Source: an uncultured Flavobacteriia bacterium (GTDB lineage Bacteria > Bacteroidota > Bacteroidia > Flavobacteriales_D > Crocinitomicaceae). From it: a stretch of 42,949 nt of DNA. The notes beneath the pieces are model-generated. The model worked only from the letters and a program-made list of their open reading frames with translations. It was not told the origin of the DNA and made no database searches. Made by a program: the position numbers and the translations under genes. Shown piece after piece: positions 35,367 to 42,949 of the stretch (within the stretch, counting starts at the first letter, position 1; each line of letters opens with the position of its first letter). Location: positions 1-42,949 of the forward strand of contig CAIYQV010000190.1 of the NCBI GenBank assembly GCA_903928365.1. The letters are read 5' to 3'.

Positions 35367-36047
35367 ATGGCAAAGAAAAATACAGCCGGACGAAGAAAAG
35401 TAGTTTTTGCATTCTTACTTTTATTCGGGCCGGCTTTTTTATTGATCTTTATTTCCACCCGCGGGTGTGAGCATAAGTTCAAACAACTGGAAGATTTCGG
35501 CAAAGCGTCCGATTACCATTTCACGGATGCTCGCGGTAAAGCATTCAGCGCCAAAGATTTTCAGGGAGACATCGTTCTTGTTACGACCATCCAACCCGGA
35601 TGCCCGGGCGATTGCGCCATTTCTATGTGGCATTTGGATCAGTTGATCTATCAGCACATTCGCAAAAACAAGCGTAAAAAGATGAAACAAGTGCGGATCA
35701 TCTCATTCGTTACGGATGGAAAAGGCAATGACGTAAAGGATTTGGAAACAGTAGAACAGGCTTTAAAAGATCAGGTAGAGGAATATGATCCCGACATATG
35801 GATCCTGGCGAGCGGTTCGGCAAGAGAAATGTATAATTTTGAGCATAACGGAGAACGCTTGCTTAAAAAAGGACCGGAATATTATGGAGGTGAAGCTTTT
35901 CAGGAATTAGTATTACTATTGGACAAAGAGAATCACCTAAGGATGGTCTTATCGGGTAAAACGGAGGGGATGGTACGCCGAATGAAAGAACATATTGCCC
36001 TGCTTCAAAAACAGTATGATAAAGATCGGGTGAATAAAAAGAAATGA
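35367..36047 (+). CDS. Membrane-anchored thioredoxin-fold protein, divergent SCO/SenC-like
   Basis: N-terminal TM anchor. CxxxC motif CPGDC at the position expected for SCO proteins (FQGDIVLVTTIQPGCPGDC). The rest is poorly SCO-like. Confidence 0.45.
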   Translation: MAKKNTAGRRKVVFAFLLLFGPAFLLIFISTRGCEHKFKQLEDFGKASDYHFTDARGKAFSAKDFQGDIVLVTTIQPGCPGDCAISMWHLDQLIYQHIRKNKRKKMKQVRIISFVTDGKGNDVKDLETVEQALKDQVEEYDPDIWILASGSAREMYNFEHNGERLLKKGPEYYGGEAFQELVLLLDKENHLRMVLSGKTEGMVRRMKEHIALLQKQYDKDRVNKKK

Positions 36048-36712
36048 GCATGAGATTGGTATTGGTCATTTTATCAATTGGTTTGTTGTACTCCTGTGAT
36101 TCCAGTAAAAAAAAGGTTCATGTACTTCCGTTCATAGGCAATTTTGACATTGAATACAAATTAGTGGATGGGGTAGAAATTGCAGATACCATTTATCCCA
36201 GAATACCGTTCTTTCATTATACCAATGAATCTGGAAAGGAGATTACGTCAACCCAACTGAAAGGTAAAGTGTGGGTGGCAGATTTCTTTTTTACAAGTTG
36301 TCAGACGATATGCCCTATCATGACTACCAATCTCAAAAGATTGAACCAGTCTACAAATGATCTGAAAGACCAAATTCAATTCATTTCCTTCTCGATCGAC
36401 CCGGAAAGAGACACGCCTGCATCCCTAAGCAGGTATAAAAGACACTACGGAATTCAATCAGATAACTGGACTTTTTTGACAGGCGATGAGGAGAAAACAC
36501 ATTTGTTAGGAATCGAGAACTTCCAGATTTTTGCGGGTCGGGATGAAGAGTCTCAGGGAGGGTTTGCGCATTCCGGAGCCTTTACATTGGTGGACAAAGA
36601 AGGGTTTGTCCGTGGTGTCTATTTAGGTACAGACCCAAAGCAGGTGGAACAATTAGAGAAGGATTTGCGTTTATTGTTAAAAGAGGAATATGGAATACCT
36701 GGATCAAACTAA
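36044..36712 (+). CDS. SCO family copper chaperone lipoprotein
   Basis: Lipobox LLYSC. VWVADFFFTSCQTICP (CxxxC) and distal His in GGFAHSGAFTLVDKEG. ATGA overlap with the upstream gene. Confidence 0.85.
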   Translation: MSMRLVLVILSIGLLYSCDSSKKKVHVLPFIGNFDIEYKLVDGVEIADTIYPRIPFFHYTNESGKEITSTQLKGKVWVADFFFTSCQTICPIMTTNLKRLNQSTNDLKDQIQFISFSIDPERDTPASLSRYKRHYGIQSDNWTFLTGDEEKTHLLGIENFQIFAGRDEESQGGFAHSGAFTLVDKEGFVRGVYLGTDPKQVEQLEKDLRLLLKEEYGIPGSN

Positions 36713-37265
36713 GGCAATCAAACTGAGAAAAATTATCATCCTTTTGTCTGTCGTATTGCCGTTGGCAGTGGCTGCTTTATTTGGTTTAAAGATCGAAGGC
36801 GTAACGATTTTTCGCTCTTTACCTGCAGTCTATACTGTCATCAATGGTTTAACAGCTTTATGTCTTTTGGCGGCTCTTCGAGCAATTAAAAAGAAAAACA
36901 TCTCCCTGCATTTTACCTGGATTCGAATAGCACTGGTTCTTTCGTTGGTTTTTCTTATCATGTATGTACTCTATCATGTGACATCGCCAACTACTCATTT
37001 CGGAGACACCAATGGTGACGGGCAGGTAGATATACTTGAAAAAGCCAAGATTGGATTGACGGCTGTTGTCTATTATGTTTTGTTGTTCTCACATATACTG
37101 CTAAGCATTGCGGTTGTACCTCTGGTGCTCTTTTCTTACTTATATGCTCGTACGGGTCAAATAGATCGCCATCGTAGATGGGTACGTTTCGCTTTTCCGA
37201 TTTGGTTATACGTTGCTGTTTCGGGGGTCATCGTTTACGTATTTATTTCTCCCTATTATCATTGA
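36690..37265 (+). CDS. DUF420-like membrane protein (oxidase-associated)
   Basis: 191 aa, 5 TM helices. Its position after SCO in an oxidase accessory cluster is typical of DUF420. Overlaps the SCO gene by 23 nt. Confidence 0.65.
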   Translation: MEYLDQTKAIKLRKIIILLSVVLPLAVAALFGLKIEGVTIFRSLPAVYTVINGLTALCLLAALRAIKKKNISLHFTWIRIALVLSLVFLIMYVLYHVTSPTTHFGDTNGDGQVDILEKAKIGLTAVVYYVLLFSHILLSIAVVPLVLFSYLYARTGQIDRHRRWVRFAFPIWLYVAVSGVIVYVFISPYYH

Positions 37266-37359
37266 AATTCGATTGCGTAGAATTCAATCGTTCAATATGT
37301 CATCACTTGATTTATTTGCTTAAATTCGTACGGTTTCTGTAACCAAATGTTAAAGTCAC

Positions 37360-40300
37360 ATGCTACTTCTTATGAAAAAGTCCCACCTTTTAGCAGTTAT
37401 ACTCTGCCTTTTTGTTTTTGTAAGTCAGTCTCAAATTCTTATATCAAACAATGGTAGTGCTGCATCCGTAATTGCAGGTAATTTTGTTGGAACCGGTATC
37501 GCTATTAGCAACCCCACTATAACGTGTCCATCAAATTCATACGGGACCTTTACAAATGGTCAGACAACGAACATTGGTATTTCAAGTGGAGTTGTATTAT
37601 CCACTGGGAATATCGTGACTCAATTGAATGGACCTGCAGGAAGTCAGAATTTCTCGCCGAATTTTAGTACGGATATGGCAGGTGGAAGTTGCAATGATCC
37701 TCAACTGAATAGTTTGGAAGCTCTGGCAGATTATGACTGCTGTATTCTTGAGTTTGATGTCGTTCCACAGTGTGATGTATTGACTATTCGCTTTGTTTTT
37801 GGTTCAGAGGAATATCCAGAGTACGTTAGTTCTGGTTATAACGACGCATTCGGTTTCTTCGTCACGGGATCTAATCCATCGGGGCCAAATTACAATAATA
37901 CCAACGTTGCAACACTTCCTGACGGGGTGACAATTGCAAGTATTGATAACATCAACAGTACCACCAATTCAGCATATTATATCAACAACAATGGGGGCAC
38001 TACCATTAGAATGGATGGTTTTACGACTGTTTTGACAAGTACAATTGAAGTTGTTCCTTGTAATTCATACCATTTCAAATTAGCAATTGCAGATGCGGGT
38101 GATGGTATTTACGATTCAGCTGTTTTGATCGACTTTTTGCAGTGTAACAACATTATGTCCATCACCACCGATTCACAAACTGATGAGAATTGTGGATTAG
38201 GTGACGGTTCTGCAGCAGTGAGTGTAACTGGCGGATTCCCTTATTCAGATGGTTCATACACGTATTCATGGTCTCCTGCAGGAGGTAATGCGGCTTCAGC
38301 CACAGGATTATCTGCAGGTACCTACACGTTAACAGTGGATGATAACAGCACTTGTACAGACCCGGTAACTACCACCATCGATATCTTACCAACCTCAGTT
38401 GGTCCGATCATAACTAATCCAGGAAACCAAACCGTTTGTGACAGCTACACTTTGCCTGCAATTTCCGGAACAAATTTGACCTCATCAGTTGGTTATTTTA
38501 CTGGTCCGAACGGAACTGGAACTCAATTGTCGGTTGGTTCTGCGATTACGTTGTCACAAACAGTGTATATTCATGATGTATATGGAACATGTACAGATGA
38601 TGAATCATTTGTGGTAACAGTAAACGTTGCCCCTGATTTTTCTGTTTCCTCGACGGATCCTACGGTTTGTAACGGATCAGACGGCACGATCACACTCTCA
38701 GGTTTAACACCTTCTTCCAGCTTTTCAGTAAGTTACGATGATGATGGTGTTGCGGTCGGACCTTTAGCGTTAACTACAGATGCTTCAGGAAATATTACAA
38801 TTTCCGGATTGAATGCGGGAGCCTATGACAACTTCTCAGTTACTTCGAATGGCTGCACTGGAACGGATCCGGCGGTAATGAACCTGAATAATCCGGGAGC
38901 ACCTTCGATTAATAACCCAGGCCCGGTGAACACCTGTGATGCTTACACCCTTCCAGCAATTACAGGTACAAATCTCACATCAGCTGTAAGTTATTGGACA
39001 GGAACCGGTGGTACGGGATCGCAATTGGCAGTTGGAACTGTTTTAACGTCTTCTCAAACGGTTTACATCTATGATGCCAACGGAGCTTGTACGGATCAGG
39101 AAATCGTTGCAGTGAACATTACAAATTCACCTGTACTTGCATCTCCAGGTGCACAAACAATTTGTGATAGCTACACTTTACCTGCGATATCTGGTTCAAA
39201 CTTGAGTGGTACAGAAGCTTATTGGACAGCAGCCGGAGGAACAGGAACATCTTTAGCTGTTGGAACTACTATTTCTAGTTCGCAGACCATTTTTATTTAT
39301 GATGCTGCAGGAACATGTATAGATGAAGTATCCTTTCCGGTAACCATTAACAACACTCCTTCCATCAATAACCCAGGTCCGCAATCAGCATGTGGATCCT
39401 ATACGTTACCAGCTATTACCGGCACGAATCTTTCGGGAACGGAAGCATACTATAACAATACGCAATTATCAGGTGGCACTGTAATTACTGGTCCGATTAC
39501 CTCAACTCAAACGGTTTATATTTACGGTGCTGATGGCGCTTGTTCGAATGAGGTTTCTTTCCAGGTAACTATTAACACTTCGCCTTCCATTACAAATCCG
39601 GGATCGCAAACAACTTGTGATGTTTATACACTACCGGCAATTTCCGGAACAAATTTAACGGGTTCACAGGCGTATTATTCAGGACCGAATGGTACAGGTT
39701 CCGTTCTTGCAGCTGGTACAGTAATTACGTCTGATCAGACCGTTTACATTTATGATAATAACGGTACTTGTGATGACAACGAATCCTTCTCAGTTACTGT
39801 AAATACAACACCAACCTTGACTAATCCTGGTGTACAAACCGCGTGTGACAGTTACACCTTGCCGACGATCACTGGTTCTAATATGTCAGGCGCGCAGGCT
39901 TATTACGATGATTCACAGTCGAATGGTGGTGCTCTGATCTCAGGAACGATTTCTTCTACTCAGACGGTTTGGATATATGATGCAGATGGAAACTGCTCCG
40001 ATGAAGAATCTTTCCTTATTACCATAAATCCACTTCCGACGGTTAATTCAGTAGATGGTGGAGCTAACTATTGTGTGGGAGATGCGATCAATGACATTAC
40101 AGTAGCCGTAACAGGAACAGCATCATGGACCGTATCTTATACCCTTGATGGCACACCTCAGACTGCAACAGGAAGTACGAGTCCAGTTTCACTTGGAAAT
40201 GCTGAAGGAGTTTATGTGATTAATGCTATCGCTGATGCAAATTGTAATAACACGGGTTCGTTTGGTTCACAAACGATCGTCATAAACCCAATTCCTTCAG

Positions 40301-40824
40301 CACCAACTGCCGGAACGGATTCTACGTATTGTTCTTCATGGGATTTGGAGAACATGTTTGCAAGTGGTTCAGGGGGCACATATACGTGGTATTCTGATGC
40401 GACACTAACGGATGTCATTAGCACAGGGACAACTTTAATGCCTTCGGATCAGAATGGAACGACACTCTATTATGTTACTGAAACATCATCTGGTTGTGAA
40501 GGTCCGGCAAGTATTGTTGCTATAACCATCAATGATTGTGATATTATTGTGCCTACTGCCTTCACTCCTGACGGAGACAACGCTAATGATGTTTGGGAGA
40601 TCGTAAACCTTGACTACGTTTATCCGGATAACTTGGTCACTGTTTACAACAGATGGGGTGGATTGATCTACCAGTCTGAGAAAGGTAAATATTCAGACAA
40701 GCCATGGGATGGAACCTTCAACGGGGAGCCTTTACCGGTAGCGTCTTATTACTTTATAATCGATTTCAATAATGAGGAATTCCAACCAGTAAAAGGGATT
40801 GTTTCTATCGTTCTTGATAAATAA
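37360..40824 (+). CDS. Large T9SS type-B cargo: choice-of-anchor-L domain, SprB repeat, six ~75-aa Cys repeats, Ig-like modules, gliding-motility-type C-terminal domain
   Basis: Signal peptide (start 37360 or ATG 37372). aa 26-262 show the choice-of-anchor-L pattern (GVVLSTGN, DCCILEFDVVP, IRFVFGSEEYPEYV, NDAFGFFV, AIADAGDGIYDSAVLI). The C-terminal ~95 aa match the type-B sorting domain (IVPTAFTPDGDNANDVWEI...VYNRWGGLIYQS...WDGTFNG...YYFII). Confidence 0.85.
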   Translation: MLLLMKKSHLLAVILCLFVFVSQSQILISNNGSAASVIAGNFVGTGIAISNPTITCPSNSYGTFTNGQTTNIGISSGVVLSTGNIVTQLNGPAGSQNFSPNFSTDMAGGSCNDPQLNSLEALADYDCCILEFDVVPQCDVLTIRFVFGSEEYPEYVSSGYNDAFGFFVTGSNPSGPNYNNTNVATLPDGVTIASIDNINSTTNSAYYINNNGGTTIRMDGFTTVLTSTIEVVPCNSYHFKLAIADAGDGIYDSAVLIDFLQCNNIMSITTDSQTDENCGLGDGSAAVSVTGGFPYSDGSYTYSWSPAGGNAASATGLSAGTYTLTVDDNSTCTDPVTTTIDILPTSVGPIITNPGNQTVCDSYTLPAISGTNLTSSVGYFTGPNGTGTQLSVGSAITLSQTVYIHDVYGTCTDDESFVVTVNVAPDFSVSSTDPTVCNGSDGTITLSGLTPSSSFSVSYDDDGVAVGPLALTTDASGNITISGLNAGAYDNFSVTSNGCTGTDPAVMNLNNPGAPSINNPGPVNTCDAYTLPAITGTNLTSAVSYWTGTGGTGSQLAVGTVLTSSQTVYIYDANGACTDQEIVAVNITNSPVLASPGAQTICDSYTLPAISGSNLSGTEAYWTAAGGTGTSLAVGTTISSSQTIFIYDAAGTCIDEVSFPVTINNTPSINNPGPQSACGSYTLPAITGTNLSGTEAYYNNTQLSGGTVITGPITSTQTVYIYGADGACSNEVSFQVTINTSPSITNPGSQTTCDVYTLPAISGTNLTGSQAYYSGPNGTGSVLAAGTVITSDQTVYIYDNNGTCDDNESFSVTVNTTPTLTNPGVQTACDSYTLPTITGSNMSGAQAYYDDSQSNGGALISGTISSTQTVWIYDADGNCSDEESFLITINPLPTVNSVDGGANYCVGDAINDITVAVTGTASWTVSYTLDGTPQTATGSTSPVSLGNAEGVYVINAIADANCNNTGSFGSQTIVINPIPSAPTAGTDSTYCSSWDLENMFASGSGGTYTWYSDATLTDVISTGTTLMPSDQNGTTLYYVTETSSGCEGPASIVAITINDCDIIVPTAFTPDGDNANDVWEIVNLDYVYPDNLVTVYNRWGGLIYQSEKGKYSDKPWDGTFNGEPLPVASYYFIIDFNNEEFQPVKGIVSIVLDK
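38908..40038 (+). repeat. Five tandem ~75-aa (~225-nt) coding repeats inside the cargo gene; a sixth copy at 38407-38634
   Basis: Consensus NPGxQTxCDSYTLPAIxGTNLxGxxAYYxGxxGTGxxLxxGTxIxSxQTVYIYDxxGxCxDExSFxVTxNxxP, read directly from the translation. Confidence 0.85.
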
Positions 40825-41816
40825 TGAATACTATGAAAAAATTATTATTTGCTCTTGCGATCTGTTTAACAGGCACAGCCTTTGGACAGCAAATTCCTCA
40901 GTATAGCCAGTATATGAGGAATCAATATACGATCAATCCCGCTGCGGCAGGAGTGTACGATTTTGTAGATATTACCATGTGCGGTCGCTGGCAATGGCTA
41001 GGTTTCGGAGATGAGCCTCGAACAGCTTATCTTTCCATTACATCGCCTATCGGAAAACCAAAAGTAAGTTACAACCCTGCCCTTCGTATCTCTGATGGAC
41101 CTGTTCGTAATCCGGAGATCAAGACGGGTAAACTAAAGCATGCTCTTGGAGGTCAATTTGTTGCTGACCAGTACGGTGCATTCAGAAAAATGCAGGCTGC
41201 AGGAACGTATGCCTTGCATATGCCGGTAACCAAGAATTACAATTTATCTTTTGGTGTGCGATTGGGATTGTCCAGTAATTCATTCCTTTCAGATAAGGCA
41301 AAAGTTCTGAATTTGGTTGACCCAACACAGACCTATACAGATAACACCTATTCTAATTTTGTATCGAATCAGTCCAGTAAGTACATTATGGATCTTGGTG
41401 CAGGATTGTATTTTTACTCAAATAAATCCTTCTTTGGTCTGGCGGCTGATCAATTGACAAAGAACTTTGTTCAGTTTGGTCCGGGAACTGCAAATTTTGA
41501 TAATCAATTCCATTTCAATGCGACTGGCGGTTACAAATTCACCTTGAATCAGGATCTAACACTGATGCCATCGGTTCTGGTTAAATTCATGAATCCTGCT
41601 CCCGTTTCTATAGACGGTTCATTGCAGTTGGAGTACAAAGAGTGGCTATGGACAGGAGTTTCCTATCGTCATAAGGACGCCGTAGTTGGAATGGTTGGAT
41701 TAAATGTCAATCAAAAGTTCAAATTTGGGTATTCATACGATTTCTCACTTTCACGATTCAACAACTTCAGCAGTGGTGGTCACGAGATCGTTTTAGGATT
41801 AATGTTGGGCAGATAA
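40824..41816 (+). CDS. PorP/SprF-family type IX secretion system membrane protein
   Basis: Signal peptide. N-terminal QQIPQYSQYMRNQYTINPAAAG is typical of PorP/SprF. Beta-barrel pattern. Its ATG overlaps the TAA of the cargo gene. Confidence 0.85.
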   Translation: MNTMKKLLFALAICLTGTAFGQQIPQYSQYMRNQYTINPAAAGVYDFVDITMCGRWQWLGFGDEPRTAYLSITSPIGKPKVSYNPALRISDGPVRNPEIKTGKLKHALGGQFVADQYGAFRKMQAAGTYALHMPVTKNYNLSFGVRLGLSSNSFLSDKAKVLNLVDPTQTYTDNTYSNFVSNQSSKYIMDLGAGLYFYSNKSFFGLAADQLTKNFVQFGPGTANFDNQFHFNATGGYKFTLNQDLTLMPSVLVKFMNPAPVSIDGSLQLEYKEWLWTGVSYRHKDAVVGMVGLNVNQKFKFGYSYDFSLSRFNNFSSGGHEIVLGLMLGR

Positions 41817-41838
41817 CTTACAGATAAGAAAGATCATT

Positions 41839-42949
41839 ATGAACTATAAGCATATTTTACTGGGATTGATAACTTGCTTGTCGTTTAGCGGCAAGGCACA
41901 ATTCTGGAACATTTCTGAAATTAAAAAATTACCAGGAACTGTAAATACGGTTGAAGCAGAGGAGAGTATTCCTGTTTTCTCAAAGGACAGTTCAATTCTT
42001 TACTTTGTTAGAACCTATGACCCAAATGCAGTGGGAGGCGCGAGTGACCAGGATATTTGGTTTAGTAAAAAAGCTTCTGATGGAAGTTATGGCGACTGTC
42101 AGCAACTGAAATCCATCAACAATAAATTTAATAATGGTGTTATTGGGTTAAGTGCGAATGGCACTTCCATGTATGTTTTAAATACCTATGAAGGTAAAAA
42201 GGACTTGGTTAAAGGATTGGCTGTGTCCAGTCAAAAAGGGACGGAATGGAGCACACCGGAAGAGCTCGTGATTCCAACCTTAGATATCGAAGGAGATTAT
42301 TATGGTTTTCACGTGAATTCCACCGAGGATGCGATAATCATTTCCTATGCAGGTCCCGGTACACTTGGACTTGAAGATCTTTTCGTTAGTCGAAAACAAG
42401 GAGGTGTTTGGACGGCACCGGTTCATATGGGATCTACATTGAATACTGCATCTTTTGAGATCTCACCCTTTTTGAATAAAACAAGCGATACCTTGTTTTT
42501 CTCGAGTGAGGGACACGGTGGTCAGGGTGGTGCAGATATCTTTTATTCTGTGCGTTTAGATGACTCTTGGACCAATTGGTCTAAACCAATGAATTTGGGA
42601 AATAAGATCAATTCGCCAAAATTTGATGCCTATTTCAGTTATACCTCCAATCAGATCTATTGGTCTTCCAATCGTGATGGTGATCGCAGCGATATTTACA
42701 TGGCTTATGTGTTGACTCCTCCACCTTTGAAGGTTTCTTGTAAGGGTATAGATGTGACGGCATTTGGAGCAAAAGATGGTCGTTTGGAGGCAACACCGAA
42801 GGGTGGAGTTGGTGCTATTGCATATAGTTGGTCTAATGGGTCATCTGATAAGAATCCTAACGGGGTTGATAAAGGAGAATATACTGTAACAGCAACGGAT
42901 GAAATGGGCCAAAAGGCAACATGTACATGTCAGATTTCAGAACCTCTTC
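41839..42949 (+). CDS. PD40/TolB-like beta-propeller repeat protein followed by SprB-type repeats, 3' end cut by window
   Basis: Absent from the ORF track because it has no stop in the window. From ATG 41839, frame 1 stays open to 42949. Signal peptide MNYKHILLGLITCLSFSGKAQ. PD40-like units (ESIPVFSKDSSILYFV, FEISPFLNKTSDTLFFSS, YFSYTSNQIYWSSNRDG). A SprB-type repeat begins near 42739 (CKGIDVTAFGAKDGRLEA). The gene may continue into an OmpA domain outside the window. Confidence 0.65.
   Translation, partial: MNYKHILLGLITCLSFSGKAQFWNISEIKKLPGTVNTVEAEESIPVFSKDSSILYFVRTYDPNAVGGASDQDIWFSKKASDGSYGDCQQLKSINNKFNNGVIGLSANGTSMYVLNTYEGKKDLVKGLAVSSQKGTEWSTPEELVIPTLDIEGDYYGFHVNSTEDAIIISYAGPGTLGLEDLFVSRKQGGVWTAPVHMGSTLNTASFEISPFLNKTSDTLFFSSEGHGGQGGADIFYSVRLDDSWTNWSKPMNLGNKINSPKFDAYFSYTSNQIYWSSNRDGDRSDIYMAYVLTPPPLKVSCKGIDVTAFGAKDGRLEATPKGGVGAIAYSWSNGSSDKNPNGVDKGEYTVTATDEMGQKATCTCQISEPL

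Noticed and set aside
37363-37371. CTACTTCTT at the start of the T9SS cargo gene, and AGAAGTAA/TACTTATT at 27171-27200, as extra LytTR sites.
   Set aside because: These are single 8-of-9 matches without a partner at 21-bp spacing. One such hit per 43 kb is expected by chance.
38400-40040. Regularly spaced ~225-nt repeats considered as a possible CRISPR-like or satellite array.
   Set aside because: The repeats are in-frame protein domain repeats within one long ORF. The units are far longer than CRISPR repeats, they are diverged at the DNA level, and no cas genes are present.
1-42949. Search for mobile elements, prophage, defence islands, tRNA, rRNA and known riboswitches (TPP, cobalamin, preQ1, SAM) in the intergenic regions.
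   Set aside because: There are no transposase, integrase, recombinase, restriction, Cas or phage-like translations in the ORF track. I saw no T-loop GGTTCGAATCC-type tRNA signatures or riboswitch core motifs by eye, and GC content looks uniform. Detecting structured RNAs by eye has limited sensitivity.

Overview
Bacteroidota (Flavobacteriia-like) chromosomal segment of about 40% GC, densely coding, with 41 CDS called and a gene cut at each end of the window. Most of it is housekeeping: purN, acpP-fabF-rnc, yraN, rluB, leuS, lepA, ftsX-DUF3098-uppP-truB-queA, methylmalonyl-CoA epimerase, and a cytochrome-oxidase accessory cluster (cyoE/ctaB, two CoxIII paralogs, CoxIV, two SCO-like proteins, DUF420). 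The accessory content has three parts. (1) A two-gene operon of an orphan family-5 solute-binding lipoprotein plus a TonB-dependent receptor. (2) A TPR-sensor LytS-type kinase plus LytTR regulator next to a T9SS-secreted SprB-repeat protein. (3) A 1154-aa T9SS type-B cargo (choice-of-anchor-L head, six ~75-aa Cys-bracketed repeats) followed by PorP/SprF and a PD40-repeat protein. I recognised no rRNA, tRNA, CRISPR array, transposase, integrase or phage gene. The best candidate for something undescribed is the 551-bp non-coding gap 16850-17400. It holds a perfect direct repeat with LytTR-operator geometry (TTACTTCTT-N12-TTACTTCTT), an inverted third copy, a -7-like promoter box behind a T8 tract, and an orphan intrinsic terminator. 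Together these suggest an unannotated small RNA or attenuator circuit linking the two-component system to the secreted adhesin-like protein. All functional calls come from reading motifs by eye in the supplied translations and sequence. No database search or folding program was run.
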